Below, in pieces: positions 19,110-29,046 of a stretch of 64,000 nucleotides of DNA. The translations under genes were made by a program, and so were the position numbers. The notes under the pieces are model-generated. The model saw nothing but the letters and a program-made list of their open reading frames with translations, made no database searches and was not told where the DNA came from. Where the stretch lies: assembly GCA_963974105.1 (NCBI GenBank), contig CAXBBG010000001.1, forward strand, positions 706,793 through 770,792, written 5' to 3'. This stretch comes from an uncultured Magnetococcales bacterium (lineage in GTDB: Bacteria; Pseudomonadota; Alphaproteobacteria; UBA2136). Position 1 is the stretch's first letter. Each line of letters opens with the position of its first letter.

Positions 19110-21068
19110 TTATTCTGAACTTAATGCAACAACAGGGTCAAGGTGTGCTGCTTTTTTTGCAGGCAAGTAGCCAAATAAAATACCAGTACTAACAGCGCAT
19201 GTAAAAGCAAGCACGGCAGGCATAACTGAGAACATAATATCAACGCCGAAAAGAGATAAAATGTAAGATGAACAGAAACCTAAAACAACACCAATAATAC
19301 CGCCAATTGTACAAACCACAGAAGCTTCTATATTAAATTGCATCATAATGTCACGCCTGCGGGCACCCGTGGCCATGCGTACACCAATTTCTCGAGTACG
19401 TTCCACCACACTTACCAGCATAATGTTCATAACACCAATACCGCCAACCAATAATGATATGGCTGCCACTGCACCTAATAAAATTGTTAACGTGTCTTGT
19501 GTGGCGGTTGCCATTTCTAAAAATGATGCCGAATTTCTAACTCTAAAATCTATCGTTTGGTGACGATTTAATAAAAGTTCATTAATGTCATTTTCTGTTT
19601 GGGTGATTTTACTAACATCGTCAACTTTAATAGTAATACCATTTAAGTAATTTGACCCAAACAAGCGCCCCATACTTGTTGTGTAAGGCACCCATACGTT
19701 ATCATCTTGGTCGTTACCACCCTGGTCACTACCTTTTGTTTCCATAACACCAATAATTTCAAAAGGAATGTTTCCCAGTAAAATAAACTTACCTATAGGA
19801 TTTTGCTTTTCTGAAAAGAAAATATTTGTAACTGTTGTACCTAAAACAGCAACAGAAGCATAGGAATTCACATCTGATTCTGTAAAGAATGTGCCTTGCT
19901 TAAGCGCCCAGTCACGTGCTTGTGGATAACCTTCACCAACACCCTCAATGCTGCTGGAATAGTCAATGTTACCCATGCGCAAAGTTTTAGAACCACTGCG
20001 CTGAGGCACTACAACGCTAATGTTACTAATTTCATTTTTAATTGCTTTAGCATCGGCAGGCACCATGGTGGCTATATTGGAAGACCTTATGCCAGGCGCA
20101 CCAGGTCTAATACTTAAAATATTTGTACCCATAGAACTTATTTGGTCTAGCACATTTTGCTTGCTACCATTACCAACCGCTAGCATTGTAATAACAGCCG
20201 CAACGCCAATAATAATGCCAAGCAAAGTTAAAGCTGTGCGGAATAGGTTTACACGAAGCGCGCTTATAGCTGTTTTTACGGCTTCACTTACTTCAGCTAC
20301 AAGGTTTTCGGATCGGTCAATTTTTGATGATAATTTTTTGTGTGCGTTAGCAATGGCTATGCCTTCTCTGTCAATACCATTATCAGATTCAACTTTTCCG
20401 TCAAGAATGCGGATCATACGGCGTGCATGTTTTGCTACGTCTTCCTCGTGCGTAATTAATATAACAGTACGCCCTTGTTGGTTTAAGTCCTTCAAAAGTG
20501 CCATTACATCACCACTGCTTTGACTATCAAGTGCGCCTGTAGGTTCGTCGGCTAAAATAACAGGAGGGTCGTTAACAAGAGCACGGGCAATGGCAACCCT
20601 TTGCTGCTGACCGCCTGAAAGTTCAGAAGGTATATGATGTCCACGTGCGCCTAAACCAAGGTCGTTCAGTAATTTTTTAGCGCGCAATTCGCGTTCAGGT
20701 GCTGATAAACCTGCATAAATAGCTGGAATTTTAATATTGTCTTCAGCGCTTACTGTATTAAGTAAATTATAGCGCTGGAAGATAAATCCAAATGTATCAC
20801 GGCGCAAAGCTGCTAATTCATCGGCATCTAATGATGCGACATTGCGCCCCTGCACTGTATAAATACCGCCTGTAGAACGATCTAAACATCCTAAAATGTT
20901 CATTAAAGTGGATTTACCTGATCCAGATTGCCCCATAATGGCAACAAACTCACCTGGGTAAATTTCTATATTGACTTCATCAAGCGCCTTAACGACAACA
21001 TCACCTGTTTTGTAATAACGTGAAACATTATCAATTTTTATAAGTGGGGCATTGTTTTCTTTTGTCAT
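19110..21068 (-). CDS. macB: MacB-type ABC transporter, fused ATPase and FtsX-like permease
   Basis: Walker A (GQSGSGKST), ABC signature (LSGGQQQRVAIARAL), Walker B (ILADEPTGALD), then a permease domain with four TM helices. Confidence 0.9.
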   Translation of the reverse strand: MTKENNAPLIKIDNVSRYYKTGDVVVKALDEVNIEIYPGEFVAIMGQSGSGKSTLMNILGCLDRSTGGIYTVQGRNVASLDADELAALRRDTFGFIFQRYNLLNTVSAEDNIKIPAIYAGLSAPERELRAKKLLNDLGLGARGHHIPSELSGGQQQRVAIARALVNDPPVILADEPTGALDSQSSGDVMALLKDLNQQGRTVILITHEEDVAKHARRMIRILDGKVESDNGIDREGIAIANAHKKLSSKIDRSENLVAEVSEAVKTAISALRVNLFRTALTLLGIIIGVAAVITMLAVGNGSKQNVLDQISSMGTNILSIRPGAPGIRSSNIATMVPADAKAIKNEISNISVVVPQRSGSKTLRMGNIDYSSSIEGVGEGYPQARDWALKQGTFFTESDVNSYASVAVLGTTVTNIFFSEKQNPIGKFILLGNIPFEIIGVMETKGSDQGGNDQDDNVWVPYTTSMGRLFGSNYLNGITIKVDDVSKITQTENDINELLLNRHQTIDFRVRNSASFLEMATATQDTLTILLGAVAAISLLVGGIGVMNIMLVSVVERTREIGVRMATGARRRDIMMQFNIEASVVCTIGGIIGVVLGFCSSYILSLFGVDIMFSVMPAVLAFTCAVSTGILFGYLPAKKAAHLDPVVALSSE

Positions 21069-22255
21069 TAGATACGCCCCGCTGCACGATTACTAGGGCC
21101 TTGACGTGGTTTTTCTGCTGTGTTCTTTTGATTAGTCCTGGAGGGCGCTGTTATAATTTTTTCACCCACTGTTAACCCGCTTGAAATTGCAGCATGTGTA
21201 CGGTCGGTAGTGCTTACAATAACCACACGTGATGTTGGAACACCTTCTGCTTCAACTTTTATATAGTAGGCTTTTCCTTCAGCTGTGTCTTTTTCGAACG
21301 CACGGTGTTTTAACACGCTAATAGGAATAACAGGCACATTTTTTGCACTTGATAATACAAAAAACATTTGTGTTGTCATGCCACTCATTAAAACACCATC
21401 GGCGTTATCAACATCAACCATAACATTGTATAAAACAACATCATTTACAATCATAGGTGTGGGCTCAATTTGACGTATAACGCCATGCCACTTACGCTCT
21501 CCTGAGCCTAAAGTGCTAAAATAAACGTTGATATCTCTTTTTAATTTCATAATGTCGGCTTCGGCAACTTCTGCTACCACGGTCATGGTATTTAAACTAG
21601 CAACTTGCACAATAGTTGGGGTTGTTTGCGATGCGTTGATGGTTTGCCCTTCTTGCACTTCCTGAGAAACCACTGTGCCGTCCATAGAGCTATAAATCTT
21701 TGTAAATTTTAAATTTGTTTTAGCAAGGTCTAGGGTTGACTGTGCTTCTTCAATTTGCGCTTTAACACCTAAAAGCTGTGCTTTTGCAATATCTAAAGCG
21801 TTTTCAGAGTCTTGGAAAGTTTCCTTGCTTACAGCTTGAGATTTATACAAACGTACATTGCGATCATATTTTTGTTGAGCTTGCTTTAGATAGGCACTTT
21901 TTTCTGATTTTTGAGCTTGTAAATTCTTAAACTGAGCCTCTTTCGTTAAAACACTGGCTTCATAAATATCAGGTTCTATTTCTGCAATCAAATCACCTTT
22001 TTTTATCTGGTCACCGATTTTAACATGCATTTTTAAAATTTTACCTGAAACTTGCGCCCCTATATCTACATAATTTTTAGGTTCTAAAGTGCCCTGTGAG
22101 GTAACAACAGACTCCAGATCTCCTATTTCAACAGTGATAATATTATTGGATTGATTTGCAATAGATGTATTATACCCAGTATAAATTTGAGATGCTAATA
22201 CCAGCAATAAAATTGCAAGAGATGTTGTTATGACATTTTTTTTATTCAGCTTCAT
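21068..22255 (-). CDS. macA: MacA/HlyD-family periplasmic membrane fusion protein
   Basis: N-terminal TM helix, coiled-coil hairpin region and lipoyl/beta-barrel domains. Its stop overlaps the macB start. Confidence 0.85.
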   Translation of the reverse strand: MKLNKKNVITTSLAILLLVLASQIYTGYNTSIANQSNNIITVEIGDLESVVTSQGTLEPKNYVDIGAQVSGKILKMHVKIGDQIKKGDLIAEIEPDIYEASVLTKEAQFKNLQAQKSEKSAYLKQAQQKYDRNVRLYKSQAVSKETFQDSENALDIAKAQLLGVKAQIEEAQSTLDLAKTNLKFTKIYSSMDGTVVSQEVQEGQTINASQTTPTIVQVASLNTMTVVAEVAEADIMKLKRDINVYFSTLGSGERKWHGVIRQIEPTPMIVNDVVLYNVMVDVDNADGVLMSGMTTQMFFVLSSAKNVPVIPISVLKHRAFEKDTAEGKAYYIKVEAEGVPTSRVVIVSTTDRTHAAISSGLTVGEKIITAPSRTNQKNTAEKPRQGPSNRAAGRI

Positions 22256-22488
22256 ACTGGATTCCTTTTTGAGATGTATAATAATGATACGATGGTTAAA
22301 GACAAAATCCTTCTTTTTTTAACTATAAAAGATTTATTTATTTTTTTACTCAATGTAAAGGAGAGGGATACCGGTAGCGTGAAGGTTGAATTTGTCACTC
22401 AAGGACATGACATTGTTAAATTGGCAGGGCTTGTTTGGGTGACTTTCTGAAATGAAAACTATAAAAATACGATTTATATTTCAGTCTG

Positions 22489-22830
22489 TTAATTTTTATT
22501 TATATGATTTGCCCCCCAGTCGCGCATTGAAACCATGATAGGCTCTAATGAACGTCCGTAAGTTGTAAGTGAATATTCTACACGCGGTGGCACTTCAGCA
22601 TAAACTTTTCTGATGACAATTTTGTCGTCTTCTAATTCACGTAGCTGCTGCGTTAACATGCGTTGTGTTACAGTTTCAATTTCACGCTTAAGTTCACCAA
22701 ATCTTAAAAATTCATTTTGCAATAATTTAAAAATTATTATGGGCTTCCATCGGCCTCCAATAACAGAAAGTGTAGCGCCAACAGCGCATCCATAAGGGCC
22801 ACCACAATTTTTTTTGTCGCTTTTATCCAT
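22489..22830 (-). CDS. HxlR-family transcriptional regulator
   Basis: The N-terminal C-G-x-G region and winged HTH (ATLSVIGGRWKPIIIFKL…FGELKREI…TQRMLTQQLRELE) are typical of HxlR/YodB. Confidence 0.8.
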   Translation of the reverse strand: MDKSDKKNCGGPYGCAVGATLSVIGGRWKPIIIFKLLQNEFLRFGELKREIETVTQRMLTQQLRELEDDKIVIRKVYAEVPPRVEYSLTTYGRSLEPIMVSMRDWGANHINKN

Positions 22831-22952
22831 TGTAAATCCTTAATAGTTACTTTTTTGTGCGTATAGTACAAAAGTGTGCGTACTTGCTAATATATACATC
22901 TTAGGTATAATTTAAATCATAAAGTTTGTCTAGATATAGAAAGAATATTTTT

Positions 22953-23765
22953 TTGAAAAAACATTTACCATTAATAATAGTTTCGTTGTTGTTTTCAGGT
23001 GTTGCTTTGACAGCTGAATCAAAAACCGTGCCATTTAATGACATAACATGGGGGCATTTAAACCCTTTGCGTGGAAGTGCAAGCCCCGATGCGGCTGATT
23101 TGTGGGGCGACCGTACAAGCGCTAGCCCAACAGGCTTTATTGTGAAGTTTAAAGATGGGTTTTCTAGTCCGCCACATATCCACAATGTAAGTTACCGCGG
23201 TATCGTTATTAGCGGCAGTGTTCATAATGATGACCCTGCTGCAAAATCTATGTGGTTAACGCCAGGCTCATTCTGGACTCAGCCTGCTGGAGAAGCTCAT
23301 ATTACGGCTGCAGAAGGCGAAAGTAATATTGCTTATATTGAAATTGATAGTGGGCCTTACTTGGTTCAGCCAGAAAGCGAAGCTTTCGATAATGGCGAAC
23401 GACCTGTCAATATTGAAGGTTCAAATTTGGTTTGGCTAGATGCGGCTGATATTAAATGGGTGGGTGAAAACACTCATGTAAAGCGTGCATTTCTTTGGGG
23501 CAATACGCAACAAGGAAGTCTAAACGGCAGTTTAATTAAATTGCCTGCAAACTTTAATGGGAAAATTACCAGTGAAGGTGACACATTTCATGCTGTTGTT
23601 GTTGCAGGGGAAGTGCAATATTCAAAAGCAGGGAGTACGCAGCTATTAGACGCTGGAAGCTATTTTGGTTCAAGTGAAAATAAATCATATAGCCTTAATA
23701 CAACTGATGAATCTACCTTATACATACGAACTAACGGCAAATTTAATATTAATAAACAAATTTAA
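22953..23765 (+). CDS. secreted cupin-like protein
   Basis: Signal peptide [21 protein letters not shown] starting from TTG at 22953. A His-containing cupin-like segment follows ([18 protein letters not shown]). Confidence 0.45.
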   Translation: MKKHLPLIIVSLLFSGVALTAESKTVPFNDITWGHLNPLRGSASPDAADLWGDRTSASPTGFIVKFKDGFSSPPHIHNVSYRGIVISGSVHNDDPAAKSMWLTPGSFWTQPAGEAHITAAEGESNIAYIEIDSGPYLVQPESEAFDNGERPVNIEGSNLVWLDAADIKWVGENTHVKRAFLWGNTQQGSLNGSLIKLPANFNGKITSEGDTFHAVVVAGEVQYSKAGSTQLLDAGSYFGSSENKSYSLNTTDESTLYIRTNGKFNINKQI

Positions 23766-23772
23766 AAGGAAT

Positions 23773-24066
23773 ATGATGGAAAAGCTTACTATTATTGCTA
23801 ACATTAAGGCTAAAGAAGGTAAAACAAGCCTTGTGAAAGCAGAACTTGAAAAGTTAATTGATGTGACCCGTGCTGAGAAAGGGTGCATTACTTATGACCT
23901 TCACCAAGATAACGAAAACCCAGCTCATTTTGTCTTTTATGAAAATTGGGAAAGTCGTGAACTATGGCAGATACATATGAACAACCAACATTTAAAAGAT
24001 TATATGAACGCAACACAAGATGCGGTTGAAGAATTTACATTAAACGAAATGAAACAGATAGGATAG
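23773..24066 (+). CDS. ABM-family (YgiN-like) quinol monooxygenase
   Basis: About 97 aa with a ferredoxin-like ABM fold (KLTIIANIKAKEGK…FVFYENWESRELWQIHMNNQHLKDY). The start was moved to the ATG just after the upstream stop. Confidence 0.7.
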   Translation: MMEKLTIIANIKAKEGKTSLVKAELEKLIDVTRAEKGCITYDLHQDNENPAHFVFYENWESRELWQIHMNNQHLKDYMNATQDAVEEFTLNEMKQIG

Positions 24067-24069
24067 AAA

Positions 24070-24732
24070 ATGGAACACGATATTATACATTATGCTAAAA
24101 CACGCCACACCGTGAAAGCTTATGACCCCAATAAAAAAATTTCAGATGAAAATATAGAGAAAATAAAAGAACTTTTACGCTTTAGTGCGTCAAGTACAAA
24201 CGCACAGCCATGGCACTTCGTCCTTGCTTCAAGTGATGCAGCCAAAGCACGTATAGCAAAGGCTAACGAAAGCATGTTCCCATTTAACAACCCGTCTATT
24301 TTAGCTTCATCTCATGTTGTTATTTTTTGTAGCCGACTGACAATAGAAGACGATTTTTTGTCAAAAGTATTGGAGCAAGAAGATGCTGATAACCGCTACC
24401 CATCTAAAGAACATAAAGAGCAAATGGATGCTGCTCGTAAATTTTTCATTAACATCCATAAACATGACTATAAAGACGTTCAGCATTGGATGGATAAGCA
24501 GGTTTATTTGAACATTGGTGCATTTTTGTTAGGTATTTCAACTTTAGGAATTGACGCAACCCCTATGGAAGGTATTGACATTAAATCGATCGATGCAGAA
24601 TTTGGCTTGCGTGAAAAAGGCTATACAAGCCTTGTTGCTGTCACTTTAGGTTATCACGATGAAGAGAAAGATTTTAACGCAAACTTGCCTAAATCTCGTC
24701 TGCCTTATTCTGAAATATTAACCGAAATATAG
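24070..24732 (+). CDS. oxygen-insensitive NAD(P)H nitroreductase (NfsB-like)
   Basis: MEHDIIHYAKTRHTVKAYD…RFSASSTNAQPWHFV is characteristic of the NfsB/FRase I family. Confidence 0.85.
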   Translation: MEHDIIHYAKTRHTVKAYDPNKKISDENIEKIKELLRFSASSTNAQPWHFVLASSDAAKARIAKANESMFPFNNPSILASSHVVIFCSRLTIEDDFLSKVLEQEDADNRYPSKEHKEQMDAARKFFINIHKHDYKDVQHWMDKQVYLNIGAFLLGISTLGIDATPMEGIDIKSIDAEFGLREKGYTSLVAVTLGYHDEEKDFNANLPKSRLPYSEILTEI

Positions 24733-24787
24733 CATAGAATTACCTTAAAGACTGAGGAAGGTTTTTTAAGGAGCTTTTTGTAAAACT

Positions 24788-24828
24788 TATAGTGCGGTGA
24801 TTTGTTAGAACAGTCACCGCACTATACA
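24788..24828. terminator. bidirectional terminator between convergent genes
   Basis: Inverted repeat of 13 bp, TAGTGCGGTGA…TCACCGCACTA, flanked by A and T runs. Confidence 0.55.
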
Positions 24829-24855
24829 TTTTTAATACTATTTCTATTTGGGTTG

Positions 24856-25890
24856 TTACTTAAAATGGTGTTTTGTTTTATTTGCTATTGCGACAAGTGA
24901 TAACATAACAGGCACTTCAACTAAAACGCCCACTACGGTTGCTAAAGCTGCACCTGAATGTAATCCAAATAAACTAATTGCAACAGCGACAGCAAGCTCG
25001 AAAAAATTAGATGTGCCAATAAGAGCTGCAGGTGCGGCGGTTGTGAACGGTACACGCCATATATAGGCCCAAAAATATGTAATAAAAAAAATGCCATAGC
25101 TTTGAATAATTAAAGGGACAGCAATAAGCGCAATAACAAGAGGGTTGTTTAAAATAGTTTGTGCCTGAAAAGCAAATAGTAAAACAACAGTCGCTAAAAG
25201 CCCTATAATAGAAAAAGGTTTTAAATTTGCAGTAAAGCGTTCTATGTGCACATGATTATTGTTTTTGTTTAAATATCTACGTGTTATGTACCCAGCAGTT
25301 AGTGGTATTAAAACATATAAAACAGTAGAAAGAAGTAGTGTTTCCCAAGGTACGATAATGTTTGTCATATCAAGCAAAAAGGCTGCGATAGGTGCGAATG
25401 CAAAAATCATGATAATATCGTTGATAGATACCTGTACAAGAGTATAATTTGCGTCTCCACGTACTAACTGGCTCCAAACAAAAACCATGGCTGTGCAGGG
25501 CGCAACACCTAATAATATAACGCCAGCTATATATTCTTTAGCTGTTTCAGGTGAAATAAGTCCAGAGAATATATGCTCAAAAAATAATATTCCTAATGCT
25601 GCCATTGTAAAAGGTTTGACTAGCCAGTTTATAACAAGAGTGATACACAATCCTTTCGGTTTTTTACCAACATCTTTAATGCTAGAAAAGTCTATATTAA
25701 CCATCATAGGGTAAATCATTATCCAAATAAATATTGCAATAACAAGATTAACGCTAGCATATTCAACTTCTGCAATGGCTTGAAATATAGAGGGCGTTGC
25801 CACTCCAAGCCCGATACCTAAAACAATGCAAAATGAAACCCAGAGTGAAAGGTATTTTTCAAAAATACCAAGAGGTGATGTTTTTTCCAT
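24856..25890 (-). CDS. acr3: ACR3-family arsenite efflux permease
   Basis: [18 protein letters not shown]… with ten TM helices is typical of Acr3. I placed the start at MEK, where GGAAG sits upstream, rather than at the track's earlier Met. Confidence 0.85.
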   Translation of the reverse strand: MEKTSPLGIFEKYLSLWVSFCIVLGIGLGVATPSIFQAIAEVEYASVNLVIAIFIWIMIYPMMVNIDFSSIKDVGKKPKGLCITLVINWLVKPFTMAALGILFFEHIFSGLISPETAKEYIAGVILLGVAPCTAMVFVWSQLVRGDANYTLVQVSINDIIMIFAFAPIAAFLLDMTNIIVPWETLLLSTVLYVLIPLTAGYITRRYLNKNNNHVHIERFTANLKPFSIIGLLATVVLLFAFQAQTILNNPLVIALIAVPLIIQSYGIFFITYFWAYIWRVPFTTAAPAALIGTSNFFELAVAVAISLFGLHSGAALATVVGVLVEVPVMLSLVAIANKTKHHFK

Positions 25891-25912
25891 AATATAAAAC
25901 TTCCAATGTTTG

Positions 25913-26644
25913 TTATTTTTGTGTACCAGCGTTTGCAATAGTGGCTATTTCTTTTGCTGTTTTTTCGCAACGTTCCGAGTAACGGTTTACAAGGTTTTGA
26001 GCCTGTGGGCGTAGTAAAATTGTAAAGCGCATAAGCTCCTCCATAACATCTACAATTCGTGCGTAATAATTAGAAGGTAACATACGCCCATCATCGTCAA
26101 ATTCTTTGTATGCCATTGCGACACTTGATTGATTTGGTATGGTAAACATACGCATCCAGCGCCCTAAAATACGCAATGTGTTAATGGTATTGAATGATTG
26201 AGACCCACCACTCACTTGCATAACAGCTAAGGTTTTTCCTTGTGTTGGGCGCACGCCACCCATATTTAAAGGTAAGTGGTCTATTTGTGTTTTCATGATA
26301 CCTGTGACGGTGCCATGACGTTCTGGACTGCACCATACTTGACCTTCTGACCATATGGAAAGTTCTCTAAGGTTTTTTACAGCAGGGTGTTCGCTATCAT
26401 TTTTATCATTGGGAAGTGGAAGGTCGGTTGGGTTGAAAATACGAACTTCTGCCCCAAGGTATGTTAAAATACGTGCAGCTTCTTCAACTGCAAGGCGTGA
26501 ATAAGAGCGTTCACGCAAGGATCCGTAAAGCATTAATATACGCGGAGGGTGGCCTTCAAAATTCATTCTTTGTAACTGCGAAGTATTCAAAGCGGGCATA
26601 TTGTTTATATCGGTTACATTGTGTAGGTATGGGTTCATAGGCAC
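25913..26644 (-). CDS. arsH: ArsH NADPH-dependent FMN reductase
   Basis: Flavodoxin-like NADPH:FMN reductase of ArsH length and pattern ([18 protein letters not shown]…). Confidence 0.85.
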   Translation of the reverse strand: MPMNPYLHNVTDINNMPALNTSQLQRMNFEGHPPRILMLYGSLRERSYSRLAVEEAARILTYLGAEVRIFNPTDLPLPNDKNDSEHPAVKNLRELSIWSEGQVWCSPERHGTVTGIMKTQIDHLPLNMGGVRPTQGKTLAVMQVSGGSQSFNTINTLRILGRWMRMFTIPNQSSVAMAYKEFDDDGRMLPSNYYARIVDVMEELMRFTILLRPQAQNLVNRYSERCEKTAKEIATIANAGTQK

Positions 26645-26946
26645 TTCCCTTCTGCATTATTTTGCTTACTACAACAGTTTTCTTTTAAATAGTGGATAAG
26701 GTTTTCGATGGATTGGATGTTGGCTGTATAAATAATGGAGCGACCTTTTTTTTGTGATGTAATAAGCCCTGCTTGAGATAGGTGTGTTAAATGAAAAGAA
26801 AGGCTGTTATGCGGCATGTTTAAGGTTTTGCTTATTGTGCCGGCTGCTGTGCCTGTGTGTCCATATTCAACCAATATTTTAAACACCTTAAGGCGTGTTT
26901 CTTGAGAAAGTGCTGTAAAAGCCTCTGTTGCATTTTTTATATCCAT
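26635..26946 (-). CDS. arsR: ArsR/SmtB-family metalloregulator
   Basis: Winged HTH ([13 protein letters not shown]…[29 protein letters not shown]). It overlaps the arsH start. Confidence 0.8.
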   Translation of the reverse strand: MDIKNATEAFTALSQETRLKVFKILVEYGHTGTAAGTISKTLNMPHNSLSFHLTHLSQAGLITSQKKGRSIIYTANIQSIENLIHYLKENCCSKQNNAEGKCL

Positions 26947-26992
26947 ATGTCCATTGTAGTCGACATTTGTTATATGTCAATGGCTATGGACA
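26947..26992. promoter_or_regulatory. palindromic candidate ArsR operator
   Basis: ATGTCCAT…ATGGACAT inverted repeat with nested GTCGACAT/ATGTCAAT half-sites, immediately upstream of arsR. Confidence 0.3.
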
Positions 26993-27279
26993 TATAATCG
27001 CTTTACTCCCTTAAAGAGCCCTCAGGGATTTTGGATGCCATAAAGCAGTGTAATATTGCATTTGACCTAAAGTTTTTTATGAGATTTTACCCATAAACCG
27101 CCAACAACCCTATCTATTATTAGGTATATTTCACTGAAATGTGCTCAAAATACATCATAAATATATATACTTATACAGGCAGATCAGAATTTATTTGCTA
27201 TAATATATAACAACTCCTTAAATACCTATATTATAAATATATACTGAATATACTGATTAATTTATGGGGGTTTTTACAC

Positions 27280-28980
27280 GTGATAAATGGTTTTAGGGGG
27301 AGTGTATTTAAAGCAACGTCTTTTGTTGTTTTATTTGCCTGCATAAACCTAGTTATTATATCTGCATTTGCAGCACCTCAGCTTCCAGGCTCTGCTGATG
27401 TAAACCGTGTGAAACCGCTACCCGAAATAAAAATTGAGAAACAAAAGCCCGCAGAAATAAAAATTCCTAAAGAATCTAGTTTTGTTAAAATACCCGAATC
27501 TGCTAAAGCCGTTAGATTCGTATTAAATGATATTTTACTAACAAATGCACATGTTTTTAGCGAAAATGAGCTCGATGACATCTACAGGCCATTTTTGGGT
27601 AAAGAAGTAACTTTAGATTATATTTGGCAATTTGCTGGGCAAATAACCGAACGCTATCGCCAGAAAGGTTTTTTCTTGTCACGCGCCTATGTGCCTTTGC
27701 AAGAAATTAATAATGGTGTGGTAAGTATTAACATTGTAGAAGGTTATATTTCTGATATTGAAATGACAGGTGACAGTGTTGATAGTAAAATTATTAAAAA
27801 TACTTTAGCTAAACTAAAGGCTGAAAAGCCACTTAATTCTAAGGTTTTAGAATCTACCATCCTTAGGCTTAATGAATTGCCTGAACTTACATTTAAGGGT
27901 TACCTTGAACCTGCCGCAGGTAAAACAGATCAGTCGGTTAAACTTACTTTAAACGTCACACGTGAAAAAAGTGAAACGTTTATGCAGGTTAGTAACTATG
28001 GTTCACTTTACTTAGGGCCATGGCAAGCAATGATAAGTAACAATTCAAATCTTATTGAACATCAAAATACATCGCTCACGCTATTAAGCAGCATCCCAGC
28101 TAAAGAACTGAAATATGTTTCTTTAGCACAAACAATACCGCTTAATGACAAATATGACTTCCAAATAAACACTGCCTATGCGACATCAAGCCCTGGTGAA
28201 GAATTAGAAGTTAATGATATCATAAACACCTCAACATCAATTGGGTTTAGCTTCATTTATAAGCCTATTAGACAACGACAAAAGAACTTAACATTGTCGA
28301 TTGAATTTGACTACAAAGACACAAATGGTGACATTTTACAAAACACCCCCTTAACGAAAGATAACATGCGTGCAATAAGGGTTCATGCAAACTTTGATAC
28401 AAATGACCGCTTTAATGGCTATAACTATATTGACCTAGGCTACAACCAAGGTATTGACGTCTTAGGTGCAAGTAACAAGGGTGACTTAAACTTATCGCGT
28501 GCTGAAGCAGAGCCTAACTTTAGTAGCGTTACTGTTCGTTACATTCGCCAACAATGGTTAAGCACGAATTGGCTTACTCTTGCTGGGGTAAGCGGTCAGT
28601 GGGCATCGGGTCCACTATTTTCTTCAGAAGAATTTGGATATGGTGGGCAGTCATTTGGTCGTGCGTATGATTCATCAGAAATTACGGGTGACCATGGCCT
28701 TGCTGGTATGGTTGAATTGAGATACTTTGGTCTTAAACCGTGGAAGGGTATCCAAACAAAGCCATTTGCTTTCTACGATCTTGGTAAAATATGGAATGAA
28801 GACAAAGATAGTAACAGTATTACCGCTTCATCAGCAGGATTTGGCTTCCATAGTGAACACAAGTCAAATACCAGCGCAAGCTTTACCATGGCATGGCCTT
28901 TAACCAAAAAAATTGATAACCCTATTTACGGAAACAACAAATCACCAAGGGCAATGCTACAAATAAGTTATAAACTGTAA
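27280..28980 (+). CDS. TpsB (ShlB/FhaC-family) two-partner secretion outer-membrane transporter
   Basis: POTRA region (…LNDILLTNAHVFSENELDDIYRPFLGK…INIVEGYISDIEMTGD) followed by a C-terminal beta-barrel ending in …QISYKL. Starts with GTG. Confidence 0.8.
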   Translation: MINGFRGSVFKATSFVVLFACINLVIISAFAAPQLPGSADVNRVKPLPEIKIEKQKPAEIKIPKESSFVKIPESAKAVRFVLNDILLTNAHVFSENELDDIYRPFLGKEVTLDYIWQFAGQITERYRQKGFFLSRAYVPLQEINNGVVSINIVEGYISDIEMTGDSVDSKIIKNTLAKLKAEKPLNSKVLESTILRLNELPELTFKGYLEPAAGKTDQSVKLTLNVTREKSETFMQVSNYGSLYLGPWQAMISNNSNLIEHQNTSLTLLSSIPAKELKYVSLAQTIPLNDKYDFQINTAYATSSPGEELEVNDIINTSTSIGFSFIYKPIRQRQKNLTLSIEFDYKDTNGDILQNTPLTKDNMRAIRVHANFDTNDRFNGYNYIDLGYNQGIDVLGASNKGDLNLSRAEAEPNFSSVTVRYIRQQWLSTNWLTLAGVSGQWASGPLFSSEEFGYGGQSFGRAYDSSEITGDHGLAGMVELRYFGLKPWKGIQTKPFAFYDLGKIWNEDKDSNSITASSAGFGFHSEHKSNTSASFTMAWPLTKKIDNPIYGNNKSPRAMLQISYKL

Positions 28981-29046
28981 CAATTTACAGAAACATAAGA
29001 GTCAGAAACAAAAAAGATAAATTATTAAAGGTAATTATAAGTATAT

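Noticed and set aside
19348-20523. Plus-strand ORFs 19348..19563, 19896..20117 and 20020..20523 (167 aa).
   Set aside because: Antisense to macB, whose ABC and permease motifs are unambiguous.
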